Part shown: positions 23,850-38,899 of the stretch, one piece after another
How positions within the stretch are numbered: position 1 is the first letter of the stretch
Layout: every line of letters begins with the position of its first letter
DNA from: Octopus sinensis
Lineage: Eukaryota
Assembly (NCBI RefSeq): GCF_006345805.1
Contig: NW_021831752.1
Location: 1-64,000 of the forward strand
Length of the DNA: 64,000 nt
Direction: 5' to 3'
The notes under the pieces: model-generated
Database searches by the model: none
Seen by the model: the letters and a program-made list of their open reading frames with translations, nothing else
Told to the model about the DNA's origin: nothing
Program-made: the position numbers and the translations under genes

Positions 23850-25793
23850 CAATTGCTCCATTGGCCAAAGTCGTGTTCGTCCCCCTCCAAGGTTTGCCAC
23901 ATTTAGTGATTATACTTTTAGTTGTCAAATGTCCCACTGTCGGGCAATGATCCTGAAAAGGACAAAACTTGATTGTTCATTCTCTTATTATTAAATTTGA
24001 CATTTGGTTGGAATAGTTTTATTAATAAACAATCACCTGACCTCCTTATGTTTGTTAAAAGGAACATAGTGCGACACGAATAGAGATATAACTGTGCTAG
24101 TTGGTTGACTACTCCTGTAATCCCTGTAGACACAACCAATGCTTATTTTTTAAAGGTGGAACACGGCTTTCAAAATCAGACACTTTTAGGAATTTAAGTC
24201 CAAGAGACGTCGATGCCTGGAATCCTCCATTTGGACAGCCCTCGCCCACACTTGCTCAGTCAACTCGGTCTGTCCCTCCCAAATCGTAAGCAGTCTGCAA
24301 TTGTGGTCAGCAGAAACCTGCACAATGTCAACAGAGAGTGCAAGTCGTCAGCCGAGTAAGCAGACGTCCTTCTTCGTTGGAGGAAGTGATTCTCCATAAC
24401 CTACCATAAGATGACCCCCCACCTTCTGCATGCAGTCGGGGATTTGATAAGTGGAGTGCTGCACACTCGACAAATACTGTCGGGTGTCCTCACACACCTC
24501 CCTGAGGACACTCTCCACACATGCATCCGGCAGAGTGAAGACGAAAGGGATGGAGTAACGGCACTGAATACATCATTGGGGATACCTTCAGGATGGATGG
24601 GCCGTGGGATAACACAACTACCCGAATGTTGGTGGAGAACTCACATTTGTAGAACTTGTAGTCGTAGGAGATTGTTTGAGTGAGGCATACTTCATTGAGA
24701 GCAGCCAAATTGGATAGTCCTGGAGTGTTTGCATACTCCAACCTTGTTGTAGTAACTGCCCAGAGGAGAGGGCACACTCGTCGAGGAGAAGGACAGTCCC
24801 GGGAGCCATTTGGAGTAGTCCAGTGGAGAGACACTCAGCCTCATAGTCCATGCGAGGCACCATTTGAGTATTATTCATATTGTCGATGGTCATTCTAAAC
24901 TGACACGCCTGCCATGTTAATTGTCCCTACCAGTGGGGTTAGAGAATGCACAATCTCGGCCAGACGGGGGCAATAATCCCTGTCTACGGGCATTATAAAG
25001 TTAAGAGAAAAGTTGGATTGAAGGACTCCGTGGTCACTGCCAATGAGGAGGGGACACCAACCAATTGGCCACGAGAGCACACAGCAAGTATTGGGCACTG
25101 AGGCCGTCTCCATTAAGGAGTGTGGTGAGGCGGTGGAGGAGTCCAGTAGGCATGTCCATGGGAGTGTAGTGTCCCCATATTGTGTCGTAGTGGATGACAT
25201 GCAAAGATGTCTCACTCACAATTCCATAAAAGTCGTAGCAATGGTTCATCATGAGAGAGGACTCGTATAATTTGATGACCATCGAGTGGACACCACTCTT
25301 CTGTCCCCCATACTGCCTTACCACATCCCCAATCATGTCAACCAACCTCACTGCCCATTCTGTCTGGTTAGGAATTAGGACGACGTGGTAACAACTCCTC
25401 TCCGATATGCTCTCCCCATAAAACTGGTCTTGTTCAGACTATGGTTAATATGGCGAATACGGCCATGTCCATTGAGTCCCGGAAATGCCCGCAGTGCACG
25501 GATGGGGAATTTGATCTGCGGAATGTCGAGAAAAAGTATTCGGGGTCGAGGATATTCTGAACCATCCCTCGAAAGTGCACAAAAGAACCGTCCAACCCTG
25601 CCTCATTGTTCAGAGATTTTATTTTGGGAAAGTTGTGTTTTAATTTCAGATCATTTAAAACGTAATCTTTTACTTCCTCGAATAATGTCTCCGAGTGTGT
25701 ACCTACAATATCAATTAATAATATTACACCGAAAAGGTCTAGAATATGAGATCGGAAATTTCCTTCGAATAAATTGTACACGGGGAACACCAT
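23850..25793 (-). CDS. MCMBP: MCM complex-binding protein, multi-exon (3' end approximate)
   Basis: FVHFRGMVQNILDPEYF; PRMDYEAECLSTGLLQMAPGTVLLLDECALSSGQL; QTISYDYKFYKCEFSTNIRVVVLSHGPSIL. Confidence 0.85.
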
Positions 25794-26076
25794 ACAAGTT
25801 AATTTATTTCGAATTCATTTTATTACAAATATATATTAACAAATCGAATTAAAGTTTTACAAAATTGAATGAAAATGATACAAATTAAATTTGGTAACAT
25901 ACAGTATTAGACGACGTAAATATTATGAGTTGAGGATGAGCCAACTTTCTTACTGCAAAACAAATAGAGCTGTCGGGGCATGAATGGCCAAGTTACTTAA
26001 ATGGTAGAATAATTTGATTTGTAACTAAATAATATTATTAAATTGAACATTCCTAAGGCAACCATTATCATTTCCA

Positions 26077-28214
26077 ATGACTGAACGTGTAAAAGTAATT
26101 GTTAGATCCCGTCCTTTAAACGAACGTGAATTAAAACTTCAATCAACGCCAGTTGTTTCTGTGAATAGTGAGAATAGCGAAATCGAACTAAAAGACCCGA
26201 CGTCCAACGACCCTCGCAATTTTACATTCGATGCAACATTTGGGCCGGACGCCCCGACAAGTCTAATCTATGACAGTGCAGTATGTCCCCTCGTCGAAGT
26301 TGTTGTTCGATTAACACTGACAGGAAGTACTCAGCGGATTCAATGCCACAATATTCGCATATGGACAAACTGGTTGCGGCAAGTCATTCACGATGGAAGG
26401 GCCAGACGACCCCCCCGACCAGCGTGGCATTATTCCCCGGTTGTGGTCGGTTGAATATCACCCAGAGCATTCGAGCAACTGTTTGAGAGCATGTCCGTGT
26501 CGAAGGACACCAAGTTTTTAGTACAGGGCTCATATTTGGAAATATACAACGAAACACTCCAGGATCTATTGGACCCGAGCTGCAAAAAAATGGAAATAGC
26601 AGAACACCCACAGAAGGGGGTGTACGTCGCAAGTGCACTTTTTAATTTATGCTGAGACATTTCGCGGCACAGTATCAACTCTGTCGAAAAATGCAGGAAT
26701 CTACTGGCTCATGGACGACACAACAGACAAATGGGGGAAACACAAATGAACAGAGATTCCTCAAGAAGTCACGCAATTTTTATCGTCGAAGTTGAAGCTT
26801 TTACTAAGGAAACTGACGGGAACGAGCGAATTACGGCGGGAAGACTCAACCTCGTCGACCTGGCCGGGAGTGAAAGGCAATCAAAGACAGGTCTGTTCTC
26901 TCACTGAAACTCACTAGAAAGTGTTGGAACCCGCTTCAAAGAGGCGGTGAAAATAAACCTCTCCCTGTCCGCCCTTGGGAATGTGATTTCATCCCTCGTT
27001 GAAGGCAAACGGACTCACATTCCTTACAGGGATTCGAAATTAACGCGACTCCTGCAAAACTCGCTTGGTGGGAACTCAAAGACGATGATGATCGCTTGCA
27101 TATCCCCTTCGAGCGACAGCTTCCACGAGACACTAAGCACTCTGAGATATGCCAACAGAGCCAAAAACATTAAAAACGCGCCTAAAATTAACGAAGACAC
27201 ACGTGATGCTTTACTTCGTCAATACCGCGCTGAGATCGCCTATCTACGAGAAAGTCTGTCAGAATGCTGTGGTATGACGCCATTTGTATATTTAAGATAA
27301 TGTTATGGCCGAACACAACAAGAAACTCATTGATGTTTGTTTTTGATGACATGATCTTTCAGGACCACAAGCAAGAGATTGAGAGAATGCGTCAAGAGTT
27401 TGACCGGGAGAAAAGATTATGGACGGAAAGACAGCTAAATGCATCAGACGACCTCGTAAATAACGAACGAATGAAGGATATGTTGGATCAGTTGGAGGAT
27501 TACCTTGTTGGGGGGGAAGAGGCTGATAACGCAGAACTGAGAGCCGTAAATCTGAGGAGAATGAAAATTTCAAATCAAGTCAACCAAGTAGCGACATCTA
27601 CAACAAATGAATCCGATGACGACCCCATGATGAGTCTCTACCAGAACGTACACAACGAAATGGTCACAACGTCTGCCATGCACGAAAAAGAACGTAAAAG
27701 AGTAAAAAATGGGTTTAAACGTTAGGTTAGAAGCCTTAAAAGAGAATTACGTGATACAAAAGATGAATTAGCTTCTGATAGAGATAATTATTTGGAATGC
27801 ATTCGTGAACAAGCAAGACAAATCGAATATTTGAATTTGCTGATTGAGACTATTCATGTCTTCGTCCCTAAAGAATCAAATTATTCCAATCTCAGCAAAA
27901 TAAAAACTCTGACTATTTGGAATGAAAATGAAAATCGTTGGATATTGCCATCGTTATCAGTCCAAGTTTTGTCTCTTCCAAGTAATATCACATTATTATA
28001 AATCAAATTTAGAAGTGAGTACAACGAGTACACCAGAATGTAGTAAAGTAAGTTATTTTGGCATTAAATGCAGGGATTTGATACTCAAAGTTCTAATTCC
28101 TCAAATCTCAACGTTAAAAAAAGTTTGGATAAATTTAAACGTTCTTTAAAAGTTTTAAAATCTAAATCCGAGGGTGAGCCGCAAAGAAAGCCTTCTCGTC
28201 TCCAGCCCCTTTAA
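26077..28214 (+). CDS. KIF17: Kinesin-2 family motor KIF17/OSM-3, multi-exon
   Basis: [51 protein letters not shown]; tail [11 protein letters not shown]...WILP and RKPSRLQPL*. Confidence 0.88.
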
Positions 28215-28667
28215 AATATTGTACTAACCTTTTATACCGCATTACATGTAATCGAAATTTTATTTTCTCAAATCAAACATTTAAAGATTATTGAAAATTT
28301 TAAGATCAAAATATGATGAAGCGACTTCCAGAGCTGAGTTGTGACTGGTAACTTTGACAAAATTTTATTCATTAAAAAAATTAATTAACAGCTTAGTTCT
28401 AACAAAGGTCACCATAAAATAAGCAAGTTAGCTAAACACTGGCAACCTAATTTTTCATTCAGATGCGTATCGTTTTATATTGAATGAAGAATATTTTTAA
28501 TAGAATTAGTAAATCTCTTATTTGTATGCTCTGCTAGTGATAAATGATTGACTCCATATTTTTATTATTATCAAATTAATACTGGGAATTATGCTAATTA
28601 GAACATGTGGGTTTAACGGATCATGTTATAAAAAATTAGTAATTTTTTAGAAATTCACAAGCAATGT

Positions 28668-29872
28668 TTAAATTTCTATATTCTTGTTGAATTTTATTTT
28701 TCTCACTTATCAATATTTTCTTTTTTTCAAAATACGAAAATAAATCATTTTTTGCCTAGAAATAAACGGAAAATAAATACTTGATCCAATTTCTCATTTT
28801 TAACTGTAGTTGGATAATTTAATTTTAAATTCCTGTCAACGTTGCTGAGTTGTAGACAATACGGATAAATCTCCGAAATAGTAAAATGACGCTGCTTTAG
28901 TTTTACATTGATTTCTGACGATTTTCGGTCTTTGGAGACTGCCAATGCTTGACTGTGGCGAAAAATTGAATCTTTTGCAAAAAAGAGAACTTTCTCATGA
29001 GACCAGAGATCAACACGTGATTTGAATATCATTTTAGCACTACTTCCTCTTTCGAGCCTAGAATTCATCTCAGAAATTCTTGGTAGGTTATTCGTCCTGT
29101 CCCTTTCAATGTAATTTTTTATAAAATTAGTCAGATGAATTGTTTGTCTTGTCAAAGCAATGGCTTTTCGTGAAAATCTGTCTATTTTTGAAATGTGAGT
29201 GATTATTTCGTTGAAGTTGGCAATTAAGGAGTCCATTAATTTACTACACTGTTCAATTGAGAGTACCAATGCGTCCATTTTTACGGCAATGATTCGAAAT
29301 AAAATTGATTTCTTTCTTAATTCATATTGTATTTTTGAAAACATTGGTTGTTCGTAATATGCCATTAGCGAAGAAATTATCTCGTTTATAAATTCAAACA
29401 AACTCAAGTAAATGTCGAAAGTTGTAGTCTTAAAGATAGTAACAATTCTCGTAGCTGCATCCACTTGTTTGATTTCACCCTCCAACGAACATTTGGACAA
29501 AAAATCAAGAAACTTGTCGACGCTTGTTTCCCTCCATGAAGTCTTATCTGTCTTAATTGTCATATCATACAAACAAGTTACCGATTTCTTTTCCATAAAC
29601 GAGTCAATTATCACTGAAAAATCCTTTCGAGAATGACAGGCCGAATATATATGATGCCATTTTTTGATTGAAAGACTTAAAGAGTTTAGAAGACTCAGGT
29701 TCTTTCTTTTATATGAATCCATATTTTTGATTTTCGTCACTTTTGATTGAAGAAATATTTTTTCTAATGTTTTTGTAACTGGGACATCCACTGGCACTTT
29801 GTTTACACCACTGTTGGATATTTGAGGCACGATTTGGTGTTTTTTATCAGCATGTTTGTTTTTACCAATCAT
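28668..29872 (-). CDS. Hypothetical protein with one >1.1-kb exon; no family recognised
   Basis: 427-codon open frame 28745-30028 in AT-rich DNA. A 25-nt GT-AG intron near 28745-28770 leads to a short final exon. The start codon is uncertain. Confidence 0.6.
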
Positions 29873-30962
29873 TCCCGAATTATAAAGTTGATGAGAAAAT
29901 ATAATTATAATAGAACCGCTGTTAATTAATGGTAAGCGGTACGAATTGCTTGGTAACTTAACACAATGAATTTTATCAAATGTCACTATTAGACAAAATT
30001 TTATAAAAGCGTGCTTTAAAGGTTTCAAATCGATTAAAAAACACTTTAAAATACTAAAAAGAATTGTTTTATGTGTCCCAAAAATCGAATTTTTCTATTT
30101 TAATACTTTTTTACTTTACACTATAAATGTTGACGCCAATAGTGACAATATTATTTTTTGAGTTACCTAAAGGTTTCTTTAGAAAATTACTAAATCTCAC
30201 TCCTTCTTAGTTTTCGGATGAGTTACTTTGTGACGAATTTCATGAAAAATTTATTTTGTATGCGAATTTTTCTTGTCGAGTACCAATTCCTTCCATTCGC
30301 AGTTGAGACGTCTAGTTTCTTGGGCGGAAATGCAATCAGCTTCGTTCAGGAGATCGGATCTCGGATGTCGACACTCACAGGCGACGCCCGCGAATCGAGA
30401 TGGTTTTTTTGAGTGGATATCCCTCTGATAGTACACTCGAACTCTTTATCGATCGCGTCAGCCTCTCGCCCTGTGAAGAATCAGCCTTTTTAATTCATTA
30501 ATATAATTAACAGTTACACAATTTTTCTTGTAGTTAAATAAAAAATGCTTTCATATCCATAAATATAATTTAAGGTTCCTTTTGTCCTATTATTTTCTGA
30601 TTTTTTCCTTTATTTGTCGTTTTTGTTCTTTGTATCCTGATTTCTGTTCTTAATAGCTGGAAAAACGATTTTATTTGCAATGATTGGGTCGAATATTTGA
30701 TGCCAGTTATATTTAGTTACACATTGTGTAAACAATTTTATTCCAAAAATAATGTAGATTCATAACTGGATATGTTCAAAGGAATTCATGATTATAATTA
30801 GGGTTTGTATCAATATTCTATCTACTTTCATTACTCTACCCATTTTAGTGTCAAAATTTAATTAATCCAAAAAATCCTTTTTTTGTTTTAACTTTATTTT
30901 ATCTGAACTTAACGCATATGGATTAATTGATTTTTACTAGTTATTACCAGGGAAACAGAATC

Positions 30963-33900
30963 ATGTTGTCTTTGCCCCCACATGTCAATGGACAAACCAA
31001 AGGACACATTTACTTGAAAATAAAACTTTTGTCTCTCCCTACGAGATTACCACGTCTCCGTCTCAGATGGTGGGGTGATTCAGGAAGCGGACTTGTCATT
31101 AGGTGATTTGATAACTTAAATTGGAAATTAGGCCCGGCAAAGGAAAAGTCTACTCCGCACGAATAGATATAAATTGTTCGATGGTACAGTTCTCTCGTTA
31201 TCTGTGTGACATGTCCCCCTTGAAAATAGAACTCATTGACGAGAATATGCAGCCACAGGGGTCTGTCCAATTGGCCGACCTTAACCAATTGTCGAGAGCA
31301 AGTCCGATAAACAAGTTTGGTACCTATTTTAAATATTTTCAGTGAGTATCCAATTGATTCCGTAGCTGAACATAGTCTTGGTAAATTAAAGGCCAGCATA
31401 TGGCTTGAAGATGCAGTAGAGCGACAAAAATCAATTTCTTCTCTCTCAACTACTGATCTGCCAAAGAACCTCCCGCCGACTGCTTGCGTGATGGGAAGTA
31501 CTGTACATCAAGAGGACTCATCATTTCGATCTCTTGCCACGGTAAGTATTCAATGCATACTTTTGTGTTTAGCAAAATTGTTCAGATGTCGATTCTAATG
31601 TCATTAACCGTTCAAATGTCATTAAAAATCGACCAAAAAAGAATAATCCAAATATGAAACAAAAATCGACCAAAACAGCAATAAAAAATAAAAATCCAGA
31701 CAGTGATAGAAATTTAATAAAAAACCTGATGAAAAAAACTCAGGATCTTCTCTTGGATGACGAGATTGCTTATAAAGAAGGCATTTCTACTTTACCAACA
31801 ATTAGGCCAGAACCTGTTCCAAAGTTGTTTAATATACTTATATTAAAACAGAAATGACACAATTACTTCAAAAATTTATAACTTGTTACTGGATCAAGTG
31901 GTGAACGACTTGACAGACGATGAGGCAAGTTTTGTACAGTTTGAATGTTAGATTTCAATTGTGGACGACTTATTTACTACAACACACAAAAACTATTCCT
32001 CCTCATCCGACGATACTCCACTCCCTGTTCAATTACCACAGACAAACCCAAAAGATTTTGTTGTTGAAATTAAAAAACTTGTTTTTAAATTCAACAATTC
32101 ATTTGGTAATTAATATGTCATTATAAGTCAGTTCCTTTTGAAAAATCAGGGACACCCCCATTGCAGGAACCACAATTATCGATGGTGGCTCGTTTTTTCA
32201 ACAGCGGAGATTGGCCACCTTTCGAAATAAATATTGATTCGGGGACACACAATGGGCATAGCAGTGATTTCGGAAGCTACAAACCATTTTCACTTAGAAT
32301 TGAAAGGTCAACAATGAATATCGTATTCCTTTTATATTACAAACAATACAATGCTAAAACAGTATAATTGCGTAATATTGTCAGAGAAAATGCGCGGGAA
32401 CAGCCTCGATGTGTCTTCCCTGCGATTCAGAACGATGCATCAAAACGAAGGTGGATGTTTACAAATCCGGCGGAAATGCTCGGATAATAGGACATCTTCA
32501 AGTGATGAACGAATCTCATTTTTATAGTTGGTGTTGAGAATTTTCGAAACTATTAAAGAAGAGAAAAATGTCTCATATTTTCCCATAAAAAAAGAAATAA
32601 TCCCAATCACTCCCACGATAACAATTCCAAATGATTTGCCATTCCTCAGCACCATTTTAATTATTGAAGAAGGACAACAAATTGGTTTTTCTCGAAGTAA
32701 GACTGGTTGATAATTTCGAAATAAATAAATAGAAGACCAGCCCAAACGGTGCAAAAACCCTTATTTGATTTCCAAAATGTTTTGGATCAGCGATGCGTTG
32801 AAATCAGAAGTGTTTTTTAACACTGAAAACCCTAAATTTTCATTTCGCCAAGTGCCAATATTTATTTCACAACGTGAAGGTATGTAAATTCACGCCTACA
32901 ACAAAATCATTGGACAAAATGCAAAACAACCACGTTATTATAGAAGTATGGGATCGGAAAACGTTTGAAGATAATGACCAAGTGAGGCATAACTAATTTT
33001 TACAGGCGTAGTTAATCGGCATTGTGAAAATTCCATTACATCGTATTGCTGCCGTATTCCTTAATAATGAGACCGAATGTTTTTTGAAAGTATGACCAAA
33101 TTTACTTGAGAATAGAACGACCCCCTAACCGTGTTTAATGGCTGGCTTCCTGTTCGCAATCCTTGCCGGGCTTCTCAACTTGGCTCACTCTCCGTTTTCT
33201 TCGCACTGGCAACTGAAAGTCAACTTGATAAAATCATGAATAATGAGTCTGTTGCTCTTTCTGAGAAATATTCGAAAATAGCTCCAATTAAAAATCTTGC
33301 ACCTGTTCAAATTGCCCCTAAAGCTCTAAAATGTATCTAAATGTTTCTTTTCACGATTGTTAGATCCAGCAATAAAGCATGTAGTGCACTTAACTGTTCA
33401 CAGCTTTGAAAATGTGAACTTTTTATCGGAAAATTCTGATTTATATGTTCAGTACTACTTTCCTAGGCAGAATGATAAACAAAGCACTCCCTTTGGTTTA
33501 ATAATTTTAGTTGAGTTGGCTTCGTTCAGAACTGGATTCCGTAAAATTGGAACCATCGACGACTTCAATGATTCACTTTGCCATTCCATATCCTTAGACT
33601 CTTCTATTTCATTTACAAGAGAACTTTTAAGGGGTTTTTCTTAGTCGGATTAACTATTATAGCCTTTGAAGGAAATGACTTACGATTCCAAGTCTGGCTG
33701 CGCTGTTATGTGCCGGCAATCCGTGATAGATTATTAGCTAATGTTAAAATTAATTTTGACCTGTTTCAGGCAACGCTCGATCTATGCAAACTGGTTGCGA
33801 TTCCCTCGATTTTTGATGAAACTGGAATGGCAAGTGTAGCGAAACATCACTTCAAACTTGATTTAGAAATGACAAATCTTTCAACAATTCCCCAAAGTCA

Positions 33901-36780
33901 ATCTGTAATGATCTCAATCCCTATATTAGGAGTGTTATATGAATTTGATTGTATTTTATGAGAGACTTATGGACAATGAAGAGCACACCAATTTGGAAAG
34001 AAACCTTTTAATAGATGTCAAAATCAACAATATGGTTATTAATTCCAAAAATGAGTCATTTTTTCGTCTCACATCTGCCCAAAATGTACACCTTTATGTT
34101 CATTGTTAAAGACAATGCACTGTGGCAGAGTATTGACAAATGGGAAATGCGTTCCCAGTCATGTCACAGCTTTGGTTATCCAGGATGAATCTACTAGTTT
34201 ACAACTAGAAGTATGGGAGGCGCCTTCGACTTGCCTTCCCACTTCTCTTAGCAAATTCGAATTGGCAATGGAGCAACAATCTTCGAAAAATGGATTTAAA
34301 CTAGTTTCCACTTCCGAGATTTCCTTGACTAAACTGCTTCTCAAAGAAACTGGTTATTTATTCTAAAAAATTCCACAGGGATAAATGGATGGATAGGACT
34401 GCTGGAAGCGGAAAGTGGCTTGATGAATGGAGCTTTTAATATTTCAATTCGTTACTGCAAAGAAGGAGAAAGGCAGAAAAGTCTTGGAAAATCCCCTCAT
34501 ATTGCATTGCCTAATTTCTGGCCAATTGGTAAAAAAGCATATTTTGAACGACTAGACGCTAAAAAGCATCAAATCAAGTTTAATCTGACTAGTTGTCAAA
34601 TTGAGTTTTTCCCAGATCTTCGAAGCAACTTCACGATGGGACACTACTGCGTATACGCCCGTATGAAATATTATCATCACGGTTATTTCACTAAATATAT
34701 ACTATCAGATACTGAGTGCACTAAACCCGTTCCACTTCAGTACAACAGCGGCCGTTTTAGTGCAAACCTTGACCAATCAATGACATATATAACACAGCTA
34801 TCCCCCAACTATTGCTGGTTTTAAGTTTTTGGTATTTCATTTCAAGGTTTACTAGAGAAGAAGCAGTAGAGATAGAAATCTGGTTAACCTCAGACAAGCA
34901 CACCGGAGCTTTACCATCAAAAAACGACTTTTTTGTCGGTTCTTCGTTTATTGACTTACTCGATTTGTTCATTGACGAACAGTTGACTATAGTAATATTA
35001 ATTATGACAGAAACAACATTACAAACGAGGATACTTATTTTGCAATATTCAAAGCATCCAGCATGTCAGATTGCGTAGTCCCACACACGTCATATCTCAA
35101 ATGCTCAATCAAGTCTGAATTCAGAACAAAGGTGACCGAGCTTCTTGCGGAGAAGACAGAAATGTCCGCCGATTCATTATTATTCCATATTGTAATTGAA
35201 CGAGGCTCGCGACTCGATTTGTACATTCTGGTTGTTTAATTTGAAGAGGCGGAAGCAAATTGACTTCAAATATATTTGTTTTATTGTCTTCACCTTTTGT
35301 TGGCAAGACATGTGCCGTCGAGTCCATTAATCCAGTTTGGAACTATCAAGTCGACGTTCGGGTCAACAAATCTGCTTTGAAACGAGAAGATTACGTTAGC
35401 AAAGCTAGGCTTATTTTAGGTTTTAAAACTCGATGTACTTAACCTTGGAGACGAAACACACACTGTGACAATAGGAAATATTCACGTGGACTTGAAGCCT
35501 CTCCTTGTTGGAATGCCCGAGTTATATGGATGGTACAACGTAATAGATTCCCTTAGACAATGTCGTGGGCAAATTAAGGTCACGTAACTCTAATTAATAA
35601 TCATAATTTAGTTGGCGGTCGTTCCACTCTATTTTCCGGTTAGTGAAAAAACTCGTCCTGTTGATTTATCGATGGAAAAATCTTCCGATTGCCACGAAAC
35701 CGTTACATCTGAACCAATATGTGTCCCTGAATACCACAGTGTCTGTTTATCGGACTCGCAAAACGACAATATGTGTTTAGACGAAAGTAATGAGATGAAT
35801 TGTGACCTAATTACCCAATCGGAACTTTCCACCACATCTTATTCAAATATACAAGAACAAACAAAATCACTTTGTAGTGAGGAAATAATATTTTCTGATC
35901 AACTGAGCCTAAACGAAGAATCTTTAAAGCCAGTTGAAAATCTGCAAAATGAGGAAACCGATAATTTCACTCTTAATAAAGAAAACGAGCAGGAAATAGA
36001 AATTATTCAAATAAATGAGGCTAGGGAAAGAGCTGAAATTGTTTTGTCAGGACCTCAGAGTGAGGAACCAAGCTTGCCTATAAGCGATGCCTCAGTTTCA
36101 GATGGAATTTCTGAATTTGATCATGAAGAACCAATTGAAAATAGCTATGATGTCGATGCTAAATTGGAGAGTAAAAATGAAAATAAAAATGCAGAAGATG
36201 ATTTCAGCATAGAAATAAATATAGATGAAAATATTAATTTGTTTGACACCAAGAAACGATACGGAGAAGTTCAGAATTTACCTGAAACAAATGTTCTCAC
36301 AGTTTTTCAAGAGAGTCCTCAAATCGAGGAATGTTCAGAATCAGATGAAAAAGTGGTAAATGCCAATAAACGCGATGAAATTATTTCCGAATGTTCTACT
36401 ATTGTTGAAAATAACGATTGTCAAGATACTTTGACTTTTACAAGTGATGAAGACGTTTCATCGGTCAAATCTCTTTTTGTAAAAGAAGAAATGTATAAAA
36501 AAGACTCTGAAGACATGTCAAAAACCTTGATTGACTCTCAATCATTGTCCGAATCGGAGCCAGATTTCAGCGATTCTGAAGATAAAGAAATCCGTTTTTT
36601 CATGCCTACCTCAGAAATGGTTAAATCAATGCGCAAACTTATCAACCGTTACGGAAATTCAGAATTAAATGTATTATGATGAATTATTTCTAGACTGCTG
36701 AACTGAACAAAAATGGTGTTAATTTGGATAAACATCGTGAAATATATAGAATTAAAAAAATTTTTCATTCTAATAAATAG
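30963..36780 (+). CDS. C2CD3: C2 domain-containing protein 3 (distal centriole/ciliogenesis), multi-exon
   Basis: LPPHVNGQTKGHIYLKI...RLRWWGD...VQFSRYLCDM; SINPVWNYQ; VDLKPLLVGMPELYGWYNVIDSLRQCRGQIK; long acidic exon 35612-36679; final exon REIYRIKKIFHSNK*. Confidence 0.85.
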
Positions 36781-37199
36781 TCTTTGTCAAATTCAAAATA
36801 ATATGCCATTTACTATAAAATTTTTAATAATGCTGACATTATATGTTCTGTCGAGTTTAAAGTAACTTTCAAGTATTGCAAAATACCGTATAAACAGAGG
36901 AATCTTATAGTTTTGAAGGCGTATCACGTCCAGTGATTTAAAAAGAGATCAATTAATGATTTGTCATCTGGAATCAATTTGGGTGTTGCCCCTGATCGCC
37001 TTCTTTCTGGGTTTAGTTTTCCCCCGCTAATTGTGGAGAGAAATCTCAGATATCTCTCGTCCGGTGGATTTTTAAACCGGTTTACGTGTCAGACTTATTT
37101 TTTAAAAAGAACGGAATATAAAAACTAACAACACGTTTTCCTCTATAAATAAAAAAAATTTTATAACAAAAAAGTATATTTTTAGGTTTTGTGTAGCCT

Positions 37200-38823
37200 T
37201 GATTCTATCTTCTACGAATAAGCAGACTAAATATACAGTCGTCAGTCGGAGAATTTCTCCCCTTATTACATCCAGATATTCGACACTATTTCCTAACTCA
37301 GTCTTAATAGATTAATTTGGTGTTACATCAAAGTCGAATTGAGGATGTTCGTACACTGTCCTTGACTGATTTTCACATCGCTTGCTCGACAACTAAAAAT
37401 AGTCCTAAATTAAAAATATTGCCGAATAGAGCTCGTCTTCGCACTCGATCACCGATTTTTCCATTTCTATAACCTCATCCAGAAGTTTGCAGCATGACTA
37501 AGATTGATACGAAATATCAACATGCTTGCACTCCTCGAAAGTTTCTAATAGTTCATTTTCTGTGGAAATTAATTCTGAATTCTCTGGCGTATGGTGAATG
37601 TTTCCCGGAACAAACATCCAGGGTGAACTTCTTTCCAAATAATTTGTTTTATGAAAGGGATCATCTTTCAAATTTCGTCAAATAACAAACCAATGTGACA
37701 CAAGCTCGAAAAAGGAAATGACTTGGCAGTTCGAGGTTGTTTGGGAAAATAGCTGCGAGTGACTTGGTAAGAATACAACTCCGGGACGGGACTACTGCTT
37801 CAACAATTAATCAAAACTCTTTAAAAGATGTACAAACTTGCTCAGGTAGAGGACAATTGAGAAGCAAAGCAGAATAATCGGTCTCCAACTGTTCTACACG
37901 TTAGAGAGTTGGAGGAGACACCTTGGCTGTGGGCAAATGAGCAAAAAGGTCCACGAGGACAATATCTGTTGATGACCACATCAGAACACTTGGAGGATTT
38001 ATAGATCTAAAAAATAGAATAAAATAGACTTTAGGATGGAACTGTTGTTCAGTAGTAGACATGGACATATTTTCAGATATAACACCTTCTATCAGCGATG
38101 GAGACAACGTGGACCTGAAGTGTAGAACAGAATGAACTGAACAAATAGCGGTGAGTGAGCCAGGAACGACGGAAATCCCGTTTTCCGTGAAAGTAGGGAC
38201 ACAACGGCAAATTTTTACAATTCCAAACATTTCTGCATTTTTCAGATTTATAATCGAGAAGAACATTGAGAGGGTCTCCAATAAGTAAAATTATCCTAAC
38301 TTGACCAAAGGGATAAATCCACCCGATTGGTTCGCTGGAATGCAATAGTGAGAATGTCTGATCTGAAGTGGCTGGAATCATATACTGGAAGTCTCAATTC
38401 TTTAAAAGAGTGAGCGTAGGGACACCACTCCCCTCCTCTACAATGTCCGCGGTCAGTGGTCAAGTTAGGACATATCACTGTGCGGAGATATCGTGGGTGG
38501 TGAGTACGTTCTGTATCCCCATAATTGTGATGGAGAAAGCGACATCTACCTAATTAAAACGCGATAAACTTGTCTCCATATGGGCAATGCCCCGTGTTTC
38601 CGTCATACGAAGTGCAATAAATGTCAGAACTGTAATTAAAAAATCGACCATCCCAGTCTTCCCTTGTGTTTACAGTCCGTCGTCTCTGATTTTCAAAATG
38701 CCAATAAAAGCATGTCGTCGGCCTGTGGAAATTGCATTTTCTATTTTCAAAATTTTGACATTTTTGTGTTCTGAACGTTTCTAAACATGGTTGATAAAAC
38801 ATACCAATTGACCTATTATCCAT
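37200..38823 (-). CDS. UNK: Unkempt-like tandem CCCH zinc-finger RNA-binding protein (3' end approximate)
   Basis: LETFRTQKC...HRPTTCFYWHFENQRRR; TEQQFHP-IYKSSKC...CPRGPFCSFAH. Confidence 0.85.
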
Positions 38824-38899
38824 CTTTATTAATTTAAACAATTCTAATACAGCAATGTTTATAAACACTAATTATAAAAATATTTTAAAACTATTCAAC

